The notes under the pieces are model-generated. The model was not told where the DNA came from. It ran no database searches and saw only the letters and a program-made list of their open reading frames with translations. A program made the translations under genes and the position numbers. Shown here piece after piece: positions 49,748 through 59,617 of a stretch of DNA of 64,000 nt; position 1 is the first letter of the stretch, and each line of letters opens with the position of its first letter. The DNA lies in contig CAVZJB010000014.1 in NCBI GenBank assembly GCA_963775425.1, positions 32,001-96,000 of the forward strand. The letters are read 5' to 3'. This DNA comes from an uncultured delta proteobacterium (GTDB lineage Bacteria; Myxococcota; UBA727; VGSZ01).

Positions 49748-50260
49748 ATGTCTGACCCCGTCTCCGGAGGCATCGGCAAAGCCAGCCAACAGATGATGCA
49801 AGAGCTCCAAAAGCAGATGGAGCAGAACCAGGGCGTCGCCAAGAACGGCGGCGCCGGCCAGTTCAACGACGTCATGGCGCAGCAGGGGGTGCAGAACCCC
49901 GCGCAGGTGAACCCGGCCATGGACCCTTCGAAGGTCAACGAGACCCAGAAGGCCGCCGAGGTGCTGCGGACGGCGCAGGCGCAGCAGGTGCACGGCGTCG
50001 ACAAGTCGCTGCAGGTGAAGCCCGTCGAGGGCGCCGAGAAGACCCACGGCCTCAAGCAGGTGCTCAACCAGGTCGTCGACGGCCAGAACAAGCTCGACCA
50101 GATCATCAAGATGGCCACGAGCGGCAAGGTCTACGGCAACCAGCAGCTGCTCGCGGTGCAGGCCGCGGTCTACAAGTTCTCGCAGGAGCTCGAGCTCACC
50201 TCGAAGGTCGTGGAGAAGGCGACGTCGGGCGTGAAGCAGACCATGCAGACGCAGGTCTGA
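49748..50260 (+). CDS. Type III secretion inner-rod (SctI/EscI/HrpB2) or FliE-like protein
   Basis: AGGAG RBS; Gln-rich N-terminus; C-terminal LLAVQAAVYKFSQELELTSKVVEKATSGVKQTMQTQV. Confidence 0.7.
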   Translation: MSDPVSGGIGKASQQMMQELQKQMEQNQGVAKNGGAGQFNDVMAQQGVQNPAQVNPAMDPSKVNETQKAAEVLRTAQAQQVHGVDKSLQVKPVEGAEKTHGLKQVLNQVVDGQNKLDQIIKMATSGKVYGNQQLLAVQAAVYKFSQELELTSKVVEKATSGVKQTMQTQV

Positions 50261-50270
50261 AAGGCTGACG

Positions 50271-50348
50271 AAAAAAAAGGAGCGGAGAGCTCGGCGCCCC
50301 GGCGCTCAACTCGGCGCGAGTCTTCGTCGCCGAGCTCGGAGCTCCTTT
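50271..50348. terminator. Long imperfect inverted repeat, possible bidirectional terminator
   Basis: A8 tract; AAAGGAGC/GCTCCTTT and GAGCTCGGCG/CGCCGAGCTC arms. Confidence 0.5.
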
Positions 50349-50450
50349 CCGCTCCGCCGTGTGGCCGTAGGTGTCCGAAGGCGGGTGCCGGATTGCGGCG
50401 GGAGGCCGGCCAAACTATGACCGGCCTCCGCGCTTTTTGGGGAGGTCCCG

Positions 50451-51572
50451 ATGTCCCGCCGGCTTCGAGGGGAGCACGCCCGCCGCGTCGGCGGCGTCGC
50501 TGGCGCCTGCGTCGCCGTCGCGCTCGTCTCCGGCTGCGGCGACGTCGCGCCGCTCGGGAGCGCGGGCCCCGTGGCCGGCGTCGACGACGACAGCGGCGTG
50601 CCCGTGCAGCTCACGGGCACCGGCGTCGCCGAGCGCGAGGGCTTCGTCCCCCTCGGGCCGCCCTACCCGATCATCCTCGTGCACGGCTTCTCGGGTTGGG
50701 ACGACATCGGGCCCGTCGGCTACTTCTTCCAGGTGAAGCAGGCCCTCGAAGACGACGGCGACGACGTCACCACCCCGGCGCTGCCGCCGTACACGAGCTC
50801 CGACGAGCGCGCGCGCGTGCTCGCGAACGTCATCGACGACGTCCTCGCGCGCACGGGCAAGCGCGAGGTGCACCTCATCGGCCACAGCCAGGGAGGCATG
50901 GACATCCGCCGCGTGGTCGGCGGCATGGGCTACGGCGCCGCCGGCAAGATCGCCTCGGTGACGACGATCTCCACGCCGCACCAGGGCACCGCCGTCGCCG
51001 ACCTCGCCGCTTCCGCCCCCGACGGCGTCTTGAACCCGGCGGGCCAGCTCTTGCAGTGGCTCCTCGGCGCCGGCGGCGCGCCCCCCGACCAGGCGAGCTG
51101 GGCCAGCGACGACACCAGCGACGCCTGGACGCCCGACCTCGCCGACTCCATCCGCAGCCTCACGCCCGCGGCCGCGCGTGAGCTCGCGGCGCACAACCGC
51201 ATCCCCGCGGACATCCCGTTCTTCACCGTCGCGGGCGTCTCCAACCTGCGCTCGCTCGACAACCCGCAGTGCGCGGCGTCTCTGTGGGGCCGCGGCGACG
51301 CCGTCGACGACACCGACCCCCTGCTCGTCGCCTCGGGGACGTACCTGTCGTTCACCGACGGCGGCGACGTCGGCCAGCCCACGCCCAACGACGGCCTCGT
51401 GACGGTGGCCTCGGCGCGGGCGCCGGAGAGCACGTTCCTCGGCTGCGTCCCCGCCGACCACTTCGACGAGATCGGCCAGGTCGCCGACGTCATCCCCGAC
51501 ATCATCTCGGGCTGGGACCACGTGGCGTTCTACCGCCGGCTGGTCGCGCAGATTCGTACGACGGAGCAATGA
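50451..51572 (+). CDS. Triacylglycerol lipase (family I-like), lipoprotein
   Basis: VSGC lipobox; YPIILVHG, GHSQGG, STPHQG, NDGLV, DHFDEIGQ. Confidence 0.92.
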   Translation: MSRRLRGEHARRVGGVAGACVAVALVSGCGDVAPLGSAGPVAGVDDDSGVPVQLTGTGVAEREGFVPLGPPYPIILVHGFSGWDDIGPVGYFFQVKQALEDDGDDVTTPALPPYTSSDERARVLANVIDDVLARTGKREVHLIGHSQGGMDIRRVVGGMGYGAAGKIASVTTISTPHQGTAVADLAASAPDGVLNPAGQLLQWLLGAGGAPPDQASWASDDTSDAWTPDLADSIRSLTPAAARELAAHNRIPADIPFFTVAGVSNLRSLDNPQCAASLWGRGDAVDDTDPLLVASGTYLSFTDGGDVGQPTPNDGLVTVASARAPESTFLGCVPADHFDEIGQVADVIPDIISGWDHVAFYRRLVAQIRTTEQ

Positions 51573-51627
51573 CCCGTCGACGACGGCGAAGCGCGCGAGC
51601 CCCGGCCCCACGGCGTCGAGCGTCGCC

Positions 51628-52503
51628 GTGAGCGCGCTCGACGCGCACGAGCTGCTGGCGCCGCTGTTGCGCTCGCCGGCGGGGACGCTGTGGGTCGCGC
51701 GGCGGCCCGACGGCGCGGTCGTCGAGCTCCTGACCCTCGAGCCGCTTCGCGACGACATCGACGAGGCGTTCTTTCGCGGCGACGTCGTCCCCGCGTGGGA
51801 GCGCGTGACGGCGCTCGGCGACGCGCGCCTGCCGCAGCTCGTCGACGCGCCGTTCCGCGCCGACGGCCGGAACGTGCTGCCCTTCGCGCACACGCCGTGC
51901 ATCTCCCTCGACGACGTCGTCGCGCGCGCGATCGCCGACGGCGGGCTCGCGTTGCCTTTCGTCGTCGCCGTCGGTCGCGAGCTTCTCGGCGCGCTCGCGC
52001 GCCTGCACGGCGCGGGCATCATCCACGGCGATCTCCACCCGCGCGTGCTCGCCGCAACGCTGGACGGACGCGCCCGCATCCTCGGCGCGTTCCTCGATCG
52101 CATCCCGTACTACCGCGACGTGCTCGGCATGCCGCCGCAGCTCGGCTACGCGTCGCCGGAGTCGATGCGCGGCCGCGCGCTCACGCCCGCCGCCGACGTC
52201 TACATGCTGGGCGTCGTCCTCCTCGAGCTGGCGGCGGGCAGGCGCGCCGTCGACGAGCCGAGCCTGAGCGGCGCGCTCGCCCAGTCGCTCGCCGGACCCG
52301 CGCGCGCCGTCGACGCCGCGCGCGCGGATCTCCCCGACGCGTTCCGCGAGATCGTCCGGCGCATGGTCCTCGTGGAGCCCACCCGCCGCGCCACGCTGGC
52401 GCAGATCGCGGCCGTGCTCGACGGCGAGCTCGCGTGGGCGGCGTGGACGCCGGAGCAGGTGCAGGCGGAGCTGCGCGCCCTCTTCCCCGAGAGGTTTCCC
52501 TGA
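51628..52503 (+). CDS. Degenerate Ser/Thr kinase-like protein (probable pseudokinase)
   Basis: IIHGDLHP, YASPE and DVYMLG are retained; no Gly loop, VAIK lysine or DFG. Confidence 0.7.
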   Translation: MSALDAHELLAPLLRSPAGTLWVARRPDGAVVELLTLEPLRDDIDEAFFRGDVVPAWERVTALGDARLPQLVDAPFRADGRNVLPFAHTPCISLDDVVARAIADGGLALPFVVAVGRELLGALARLHGAGIIHGDLHPRVLAATLDGRARILGAFLDRIPYYRDVLGMPPQLGYASPESMRGRALTPAADVYMLGVVLLELAAGRRAVDEPSLSGALAQSLAGPARAVDAARADLPDAFREIVRRMVLVEPTRRATLAQIAAVLDGELAWAAWTPEQVQAELRALFPERFP

Positions 52504-52552
52504 TCGCGCGAGCGCGCGTGCAACGGCGGGGGCGCGATGCCATGTTGCCCCG

Positions 52553-53182
52553 GTGACCGCCCGCCGCTCCCGCAAAGCCCCCTCGCCGCGCGCGACGAAG
52601 CCGTCGTCGCCGGCCGCCCCGCAGGTGCGCGTGCGCGACGGATCGGTGCGCGAGGATCCGCTCATCGAGCACAAGGCGGCGCTCGCGAAGATCGACGGCG
52701 CCGTGGCGCTCGCGTCATCCAAGGCGGGTGACGCGCTCGTGTGCAAGCGCGGCTGCGCCTCGTGCTGCGTGGACGGCTTGAGCGTCCTCCCCGTCGAAGC
52801 CGCGCTCATCGAGGAGAGCGGACTCATGCCACCGCCGGTGAGCGCCGCGGGCGCGTGCGCGTTCCTCGACGAGGACGGCGCCTGCTCCATCTACCCGGTG
52901 CGCCCCGTGTTGTGCCGCACCCACGGGCTGGCGCTGCGCACGTCCGCCGGCGGCGACGACGTCAACGAGGGCGCGCCGCGGGCGGGCCTCCGCGTGCTCG
53001 GCGAGGTGAGCGCGTGCGGCCTCAACTACACCGCGCGCGCGCCCCGGGCCGACGAGGTCCTCGACGCGGGCGCGGTGCTCGCGCTGCTCGTCACGGTCGA
53101 CCGCCGCTACCGCAAGCGCGTCGGCCTCCCCGACGACACCTCGCGCGTCCCGCTCCGGGTGCTCGCGGCGCGCTCGCGCTGA
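52553..53182 (+). CDS. YkgJ / CxxCxxCC cysteine-cluster protein
   Basis: CKRGCASCC, CAFLDEDGACSIYPVRPVLCRTHG. Confidence 0.88.
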   Translation: MTARRSRKAPSPRATKPSSPAAPQVRVRDGSVREDPLIEHKAALAKIDGAVALASSKAGDALVCKRGCASCCVDGLSVLPVEAALIEESGLMPPPVSAAGACAFLDEDGACSIYPVRPVLCRTHGLALRTSAGGDDVNEGAPRAGLRVLGEVSACGLNYTARAPRADEVLDAGAVLALLVTVDRRYRKRVGLPDDTSRVPLRVLAARSR

Positions 53183-53196
53183 CGCGGCCGCGAAGC

Positions 53197-54984
53197 TCAA
53201 TCCATCTTGACGCGCAGCTCGGCGGTCTTGCCCTTGTCGATGGTGACCTTCTGCACCTTGGTGTGGCCCTCCCAGACGAGCTTCACCGTGTAGGTGCCGA
53301 CGGGCAGCGTGATCGGCCTGGGCGGCGGCGTCTGCCCGACGGCCTCGCCGCCGAGAAAGACCTGGGCGTAGGGCACGGCGCTCACCCGCAGCGTCCCGGT
53401 CGGCAGCGCGTTGAAGTCGGCGACGTCGTCGACGATGGGGACCACGTGCACCGAGCCGCGGCGGCCGTCGACGGCGACGACGGTGCGCGCGCCGCTGCGC
53501 ACGCGGCCGCTGCCCGGACCGCGCCGCGGGGCGCCGGCCGCGCGGAACGCCACCGACGGTGGACCCTTGAGCGCCACCGTGCGCAACGACGACGCGTGAC
53601 CCGCCCGGTGGACACGCTTGTCGTCGGGGCGCTTGTCTCCCGCGCTCTTGTCGCCGCCCGCGTCGCCGCCCGCGCTCGTGTCGCCGGCCGCGCTCTTGTC
53701 GCCGCCCGCGTCGTCGCTCGCGCTCTTGTCGCCGGCCGCGCTCTTGTCGCCGTCGCTCGCATCGGCGGCCTTGTCGTTCGCGGCGCCGTCCTTCGCGCCG
53801 TCGTTCCCGTGGGACGCCGCCTCGGCGATCGCACGCGCCGGGGGCTCCGACGACGACGTGTTCAACAACAGGAGCCCGAGGGCGCCGCAGAAGCCGACGA
53901 CGGCCGCGGCGGTGACGCCGAGGAGCGCGCCCCGTCGAGGGCCGACCTCGGTGGAGCGCGTGACGGTGGTGGGCGCGAACGTCCCCGAGATGGGCATGGA
54001 CGCGGGGCCGCTCTTGACGAGGGCGGTGGTCTCGGGGTCGTCGTCCTCCGGCTCGGGCGCCGCCATGATCTCCGCCACGAGCTCCTGCGCCGGGACGCGC
54101 GACGCGCCCTCGCCCCCGAGGACGCGCACGAGCCGTTCGTGCAGGGCGAGGCCGTTGTCGTAGCGCTTGTTCGGGTCCTTCTCGAGCATGCGCATGACGA
54201 TGCGGTCGAGCACCGCGGGCACGGACTTGTTCACCGACGACGGCGGCGACGCGCGCTGCTCGAGGACGCGCTTGAGCGTGATGACCTCGGTGGCGCCGTC
54301 GAACGGACGCCGCCCGCACAGGAGCCAATAGAAGGTGACGCCGAGCGAGAAGAGGTCGCTGCGGCCGTCGAGCGGGCGCCCCTCGATCTGTTCGGGGGAC
54401 ATGTACGGGATCTTGCCCTTGAGCTCGCCGGTCCTCGTCACCGCGCCCTTTTGCTGCTGCGCGCGCGCGATGCCGAAGTCGAGGACCTTGGTGACGCCGT
54501 CGCGCGTGATCATCAGGTTGTCGGGCGAGATGTCCCGGTGCACGAGGCCCGACGGGCGGCCCACCTCGTCGACGAGGGTGTGCGCGTGGTGGAGCCCCAG
54601 GGCGGCGTCGGCGACGGCGCGGACGATCACCTCGGTGGGCAGCGCGCGCTTGCGGGCCCACGCGCGGCGCGCGAGGCGATGGAGCGTGATGCCGTCGATG
54701 AACTCCATGGCCAGGAAGTAGGTGCCCTGGTCCTGGCCGAGCTCGAAGATCTGCACGACGTTCGGGTGGTTGAGGCGCGCGGCGACGCGCGCTTCGCGCA
54801 GGAACATCTCGACGAACTTCTTGTTCTCCGTGAGGTGCGCGAGCATGCGCTTGACGACGACGGTCTTTTGGAAGTCGCTCGGCCCCTCCTGCCGCGCGAG
54901 GAAGACCTCGGCCATGCCTCCCTGGCCGATGCGCTGCGCGAGCATGTAGCGCCCGACGCGTTGCACCCCGGAGGGGATCGGCAT
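53197..54984 (-). CDS. Membrane Ser/Thr protein kinase with C-terminal PEGA-like domain
   Basis: GQGGMAEV, VVVK, HRDISPDN, DFG, YMSPE; TM helix; GDKSA repeats; PYAQVFLGG..VGQTP. The start may be slightly upstream. Confidence 0.93.
   Translation of the reverse strand: MPIPSGVQRVGRYMLAQRIGQGGMAEVFLARQEGPSDFQKTVVVKRMLAHLTENKKFVEMFLREARVAARLNHPNVVQIFELGQDQGTYFLAMEFIDGITLHRLARRAWARKRALPTEVIVRAVADAALGLHHAHTLVDEVGRPSGLVHRDISPDNLMITRDGVTKVLDFGIARAQQQKGAVTRTGELKGKIPYMSPEQIEGRPLDGRSDLFSLGVTFYWLLCGRRPFDGATEVITLKRVLEQRASPPSSVNKSVPAVLDRIVMRMLEKDPNKRYDNGLALHERLVRVLGGEGASRVPAQELVAEIMAAPEPEDDDPETTALVKSGPASMPISGTFAPTTVTRSTEVGPRRGALLGVTAAAVVGFCGALGLLLLNTSSSEPPARAIAEAASHGNDGAKDGAANDKAADASDGDKSAAGDKSASDDAGGDKSAAGDTSAGGDAGGDKSAGDKRPDDKRVHRAGHASSLRTVALKGPPSVAFRAAGAPRRGPGSGRVRSGARTVVAVDGRRGSVHVVPIVDDVADFNALPTGTLRVSAVPYAQVFLGGEAVGQTPPPRPITLPVGTYTVKLVWEGHTKVQKVTIDKGKTAELRVKMD
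53634..53758 (-). repeat. GDKSA(A/S) peptide repeats in the kinase linker
   Basis: Repeated GCGCTCTTGTCGCC on the + strand. Confidence 0.8.
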
Positions 54985-55030
54985 CGTGGGGTCGTCGGGG
55001 ATCTCGGGCAGGCCCACGTCGACGATCAGC

Positions 55031-55993
55031 CTACATGGGCAGAAAGAACTTGAGCGAGCACGCGAACACGCGGTGATCAAACCGGACCACGCTCTGCTGG
55101 TAAGCCACGTCGAGCCCGAAGTACGGGACGATGAAGCCGGCGCCCACCGTGACGAGCTGGTCGTCGGTGGCCTCGTCCCACAGGTAGCCCGCGCGCAGCG
55201 GGACGGAGTCGAACGCGAGGTACTCGAGGCCCCCCGACACGCGGCTCTTGGGCCCGTACAGGGTGAAGAAGTTGATGTTCCAGTCCACCTCGAGCGTGAG
55301 GCCGGAGAGCGGGCCGACGAGCTGCCCCAACGTCGACGGGGCCGAGAGGCCGGCGGCGGTGGGCGTGGGGCCGAGCGCGGGCCCGCCGCCGAAGATGAGC
55401 GCCGACAGCGGGCCGAGGTCGAGGTTGGCGCCGAAGCCGGCGGCGAGGGGCGCCCGCTGCGATTGGATGGGGATCAGGTTGTAGCCGACGGCGGCCAGCG
55501 ACAGCCCGAACGGCAGCCGCGACAGCACGCCGACGTCGGCGGAGAGCGCGTTCAGGTAGTTGCCGAGGACGGCGTCGGAGACGTTGACGTACTTGAGACC
55601 GGCGCCGACGGCGAGGAGCTGGTCGAAGACGGGCACCGCCAGCGCCAGCGTGGCCTTGTGCTGGAGCGAGGCCCGCTTGGTGAGCTCGCGGCCGTCAAAG
55701 GTGTAGCCGAGGCCGGCGGCGACCTTGGAGGTCTTGCTGTCGACGACGCTGACGTCGACGGTGTGCTCCTCCTTGTCGAGGTCGAGCGCGTAGTGCAGCT
55801 CCGGCGAATACCGCGGAATCACGACGAGGCCGGCGGGGTTGAAGTAGATGGCGTCGTTGCCCGTGGCGTTGGCGCGGTACGCCTCGGCCAGCGACAGGGC
55901 CCGGGTGCCCACGAAGTCCTGCGCGTGCGCCGCCGCCGGGGCGAGCGCGCATGCGACGAGCACGAAGGCGAACCGGGTCACAGCGGACAGCAT
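55031..55993 (-). CDS. Outer-membrane beta-barrel, FadL/PorV-like
   Basis: Signal AHA-QD; GTRALSLAEAY...AIYFNPAGL (NPA motif); LRAGY, TVGAGF, LDVAYQ. Confidence 0.75.
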   Translation of the reverse strand: MLSAVTRFAFVLVACALAPAAAHAQDFVGTRALSLAEAYRANATGNDAIYFNPAGLVVIPRYSPELHYALDLDKEEHTVDVSVVDSKTSKVAAGLGYTFDGRELTKRASLQHKATLALAVPVFDQLLAVGAGLKYVNVSDAVLGNYLNALSADVGVLSRLPFGLSLAAVGYNLIPIQSQRAPLAAGFGANLDLGPLSALIFGGGPALGPTPTAAGLSAPSTLGQLVGPLSGLTLEVDWNINFFTLYGPKSRVSGGLEYLAFDSVPLRAGYLWDEATDDQLVTVGAGFIVPYFGLDVAYQQSVVRFDHRVFACSLKFFLPM

Positions 55994-56057
55994 AGGCACG
56001 GCCGTTGAAACGCGCGAACCTTTGGCCAAAGCTTCTTGTTCCACAAAGGCGGTGCGG

Positions 56058-56615
56058 ATGGGCGAGAGAGACGAGGCACGTTGGGTCTGGCTCGACCTCG
56101 AGATGACGGGGCTCGATGACAAGACCTGCGTCATCATCCAGATGGCGGTGATCATCACCGACGGGTCGCTGAACGAGCTGGCCATGCTCGAGCAGACCAT
56201 CTGGCAGCCGGAGAGCGCGCTCGAGACCATGACGCCCTTCGTGCGCAAGATGCACACGGACAACGGGCTGCTCGCGCGCGTGCGCGCCTCCGACGTGGGG
56301 CAGGCGGAGGCGGAGCAGCGCACGGTGGAGCTGGTGCTCGCCCACGCGCCGTACAAAAAGGGCATCCTCGCCGGCAACAGCATCTGGCAGGACCGCAGGT
56401 TCCTCTTGCGCCACATGCCGCACTTCGAGCAGGTGCTGCACTACCGACAGATCGACGTATCGACCATCAAGGTGCTCTCCCGCCAGTGGTACGGCGCCAA
56501 GGGCGAGAGCCCGGGCAAACCGTCCACGCACACGGCGCTCGACGACATCCGCGCGTCCATCGCCGAGCTCAAGTGGTACCGCGACCATTGCTTCGTCATG
56601 GTGCCCTCGCCGTGA
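56058..56615 (+). CDS. orn: Oligoribonuclease
   Basis: WLDLEMTGLD, MHTDNGL, AGNSIWQDRRFL, HYRQIDVSTIK, HTALDDIRASIAELKWYR. Confidence 0.97.
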   Translation: MGERDEARWVWLDLEMTGLDDKTCVIIQMAVIITDGSLNELAMLEQTIWQPESALETMTPFVRKMHTDNGLLARVRASDVGQAEAEQRTVELVLAHAPYKKGILAGNSIWQDRRFLLRHMPHFEQVLHYRQIDVSTIKVLSRQWYGAKGESPGKPSTHTALDDIRASIAELKWYRDHCFVMVPSP

Positions 56616-56667
56616 CGGGCGGCGCGCGACGGTGACCGTCGGCGGCAAGGCGGGCTAGATTGCGCGC

Positions 56668-58269
56668 ATGTCGGAGCTGAAGAAGATCGTCGCGCTCCTC
56701 GCCGGCGGCGACGTCGAGCGGCGCGTGGCCGCCGCCGTCGTCCTCGGGGCCATCGGGGCCAAGGACAAAGAGACCACGGCGGCGCTGGAGAAGCTCCTCG
56801 CGGGCTCGCCCGAAGAGCAGCGAGCGGCGCTCGACGCGTTCGCGGCGCTCGGCCCCAAGCGCGTCCTGGCCAAGGTCTTCGAGCTGCTCGCGAACGGGAC
56901 GCCCCACGTGCGCGACGCCGCGTTCCGCGCGCTCAAGGCCGCCGGCGCCGACGTCGTCGACGACATCCGCGCCCGCCGCGAGAAGGCCGGCGAGGCCGAG
57001 AAACAGCGGCTCGACCGCGTGCTCGCCGAGCTCGGCGGCGCCGACGCGTTCAAGGCGCTCCTCGAGGGGCTCGCCTCCGCCGACGAGCAGACCGCCCGCG
57101 CCGCCGCGCTCTCGGTGCGCGAGCGCGTCGCCGCCGCCGACGCCCGCACGCGCCGGTCCTACGGCAGCGCCGTGCTCAAGGCCCTCACCGCCAAGCGCGA
57201 GCGCACCGCCCAGCAGGAAACGGCGCTGTTGAAGATCCTCGGCTGGTGCGAGGACGAGGTCGCCGTGCCGCTGCTCCTCGAGGTCGCCGCCGACGCCGGC
57301 AAGGCCGCCGCCGTCCGCTCCGAGGCCATCATCGCGCTGCGCTTCGCCCTCGCCGCCGGCGCCGCCGACAAGAGCGTCGTCGGCGCGCTCCTCGACGTCG
57401 CCGCCGGGGCCGACTCCGGCCTCGCCCGCACCGCCATCGACACCCTCGCCGGCCTCAACCTCGACGACAAGGCCGCGCCCAAGCTGGTGGTGCTGGCGCA
57501 ACACCGGGACCCGGTGCGCGCGCGCTTCGCCGTGGACAAGCTGAAGGCGCAGGGGGGCCAGAAGGCGGCGGCGGCCCTCGTCGACGTCGTCTTGGCAGGG
57601 GACAAGAACGTGTCGGAGGCGGCGGCGGAGGCGCTGTCGTCGTTGCCGGAGGCCACGGCGCCGGCGCTCGAGGCGCTGTTGACGTCGAAGGGCGACGCCG
57701 TGCGCCTCCTGGTCGACGTCCTCAAGCCGCGCGCGGGCAAGCTCCCGAAGGGCGCGGCCAAGAAGCTCCTCGACGTCGTGACCGCGCGCCTGGTGGAAGA
57801 CGGCAGGAACTACGAGTCGTGCCTCGCCGTGGCGCGCGCCGCCGACGCCGACGGCACGGCGGCGGCGCTGCGCGAGCTCGCGGCCAGGCTCAAGAAACAG
57901 AAGAAGGACGAGCGCGCCGAGCACGTGCTGCGGCTGTTGACCAACAGCGGCGGCGCCACCGTCGATGACCGCGTGCGCCTCGCGCTCCTCGCGCTGCAGA
58001 AGTCGCGGCTCGACGCGCGCCCCGACGCGCGCGCCCGCGACGAGGCGCTCAAGGCGTTCTCGGGCATCCTCGGCAGCGTCGACGTCATGAAGGTCCTGAA
58101 GAAGGACAAGCACGTCACCGCCGAGCAGCTCTTCTTCCTCGGGTTCCACTTCGCCGAGGAGGGCGAGCCCATCGGAGAGCAACTGCTGCGCGAGGTGATC
58201 GCGCGCGGCCCGCGCACCAAGCTCGCCAAGGCGGCGAAGAACAAGCTGGCGCTCGAGGCCGCGACGTAG
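56668..58269 (+). CDS. HEAT-repeat protein
   Basis: Repeated RxAAAxxLGxIG / VRDAAFRAL / VRSEAIIAL helices. Confidence 0.8.
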   Translation: MSELKKIVALLAGGDVERRVAAAVVLGAIGAKDKETTAALEKLLAGSPEEQRAALDAFAALGPKRVLAKVFELLANGTPHVRDAAFRALKAAGADVVDDIRARREKAGEAEKQRLDRVLAELGGADAFKALLEGLASADEQTARAAALSVRERVAAADARTRRSYGSAVLKALTAKRERTAQQETALLKILGWCEDEVAVPLLLEVAADAGKAAAVRSEAIIALRFALAAGAADKSVVGALLDVAAGADSGLARTAIDTLAGLNLDDKAAPKLVVLAQHRDPVRARFAVDKLKAQGGQKAAAALVDVVLAGDKNVSEAAAEALSSLPEATAPALEALLTSKGDAVRLLVDVLKPRAGKLPKGAAKKLLDVVTARLVEDGRNYESCLAVARAADADGTAAALRELAARLKKQKKDERAEHVLRLLTNSGGATVDDRVRLALLALQKSRLDARPDARARDEALKAFSGILGSVDVMKVLKKDKHVTAEQLFFLGFHFAEEGEPIGEQLLREVIARGPRTKLAKAAKNKLALEAAT

Positions 58270-58304
58270 GGCGGACGCGGGACAGGCGCGTATGAGGTGA
58301 AGCC

Positions 58305-58583
58305 GTGTGCAGGAACATCAAGACGCTGTTCAACTTCGATCCGCCCGCCAGCGACGAGGAGATCCGCGCGGCGGCGCTTCAGTTCGTGCGCAAGATCGCG
58401 GGAACGCGCGCGCCGGCCAAGAAGAACGCGGGCGCGTTCGACGACGCCGTCGACGAGGTCTTCGTCGCCGCGCGCCGCTTGATCGACAGCATGGAGCCCT
58501 TCGGTCCGCCCAAGAACCGCGAGGTCGAGGCGTTGAAGGCCAAGGAGCGCGGCAAGCTCCGCTTTCGAAAGGCGTCCGCGTGA
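58305..58583 (+). CDS. DUF2277 family protein
   Basis: MCRNIKTLFNFDPPASDEEIRAAALQFVRKI. Confidence 0.9.
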   Translation: MCRNIKTLFNFDPPASDEEIRAAALQFVRKIAGTRAPAKKNAGAFDDAVDEVFVAARRLIDSMEPFGPPKNREVEALKAKERGKLRFRKASA

Positions 58584-59617
58584 CGAGCGGCGCGGGGACC
58601 GAAACGGCGGGCGCGGAGAGCACCGCGTCGCCGGCGCGGGTTCGCATCGGGGTCCTCGGCGCTGCGCGCATCTCGCCGTACGCGCTCTATGCGCCGGCGC
58701 GCAAGGTCGACGGCGTCGACGTCGTCGCCATCGCCGCGCGGGATCGCGCGCGCGCCGAAAAGTCGGCCGCAAAGCACGGCATCGCGCGCGTGCACGACTC
58801 GTACGACGCGCTGCTCGCGGACCCCGACGTCGACGCCGTCTACTGCCCGCTGCCGAACGGCCTGCACGCGCGCTGGAGCATCGCGGCGCTCGACGCCGGC
58901 AAGCACGTCTTGTGCGAGAAGCCCTTCGCCTCCAACGAGGACGAGGCGCGCGCGATGGCCGCCGCCGCCAAAAAGAGCGGGCGCGTGCTGATGGAGGCGT
59001 TCCATTGGCGCTTCCACCCGATGGCGCGGCGCATGGTCGACATCGTTCGGAGCGGAGAGCTCGGCAAGCTCGTGCGCGTGGAGACCTTCATGTGCGTCCC
59101 GCTGCCGTTCCCGGGGGACATCCGCTACCGCTACGAGCTCGGCGGCGGCGCGCTCATGGACACCGGCGCGTACGCGGTCCACATGCTGCGAACGCTCTCC
59201 GGCCGCGAGCCCGAGGTGAAGGCGGCGCGCGTGAAGCTCGCGCGCGAAAAGGTCGATCGCTGGGCGCAGGCCGACGTCGACCTCGGCGACGGCGCGACGG
59301 GGACGCTCACGTGCGCGCTGTGGTCCTCGACGCTGTTGAAGGTGCAGGCGCGGGTGGTGGGCGAGGACGGCGAGATGGTCGCGCACAACCCCGTGTTGCC
59401 GCAGATCTGGCACCGCCTCTCGGTGAAGGCCGGCGGCGACAAGCGCGTGGAGCACTTCTCGCGCGAGGCCACCTACACGAGCCAGATGCGCGCCTTCGCG
59501 GAGGCCGTGCGCGCGGGGGAGCCGAGCTTGTGCGGCCCCGACGACAGCATCCAGAACATGCGCGTCATCGACGCCGTCTACCGCGCCGCCGGCTTGCCCT
59601 TGCGCGGCGCCGCCTGA
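58580..59617 (+). CDS. Gfo/Idh/MocA oxidoreductase
   Basis: GVLGAARI, PLPNGLH, AGKHVLCEKP, GGGALMDTGAY. Confidence 0.94.
   Translation: MTSGAGTETAGAESTASPARVRIGVLGAARISPYALYAPARKVDGVDVVAIAARDRARAEKSAAKHGIARVHDSYDALLADPDVDAVYCPLPNGLHARWSIAALDAGKHVLCEKPFASNEDEARAMAAAAKKSGRVLMEAFHWRFHPMARRMVDIVRSGELGKLVRVETFMCVPLPFPGDIRYRYELGGGALMDTGAYAVHMLRTLSGREPEVKAARVKLAREKVDRWAQADVDLGDGATGTLTCALWSSTLLKVQARVVGEDGEMVAHNPVLPQIWHRLSVKAGGDKRVEHFSREATYTSQMRAFAEAVRAGEPSLCGPDDSIQNMRVIDAVYRAAGLPLRGAA

Noticed and set aside
49748-54984. Treating the rod-like gene, lipase, pseudokinase, YkgJ and kinase as one effector island
   Set aside because: A hairpin separates the first two genes, the lipase has a Sec lipobox, the kinase is convergent, and no chaperone or immunity pattern is seen.
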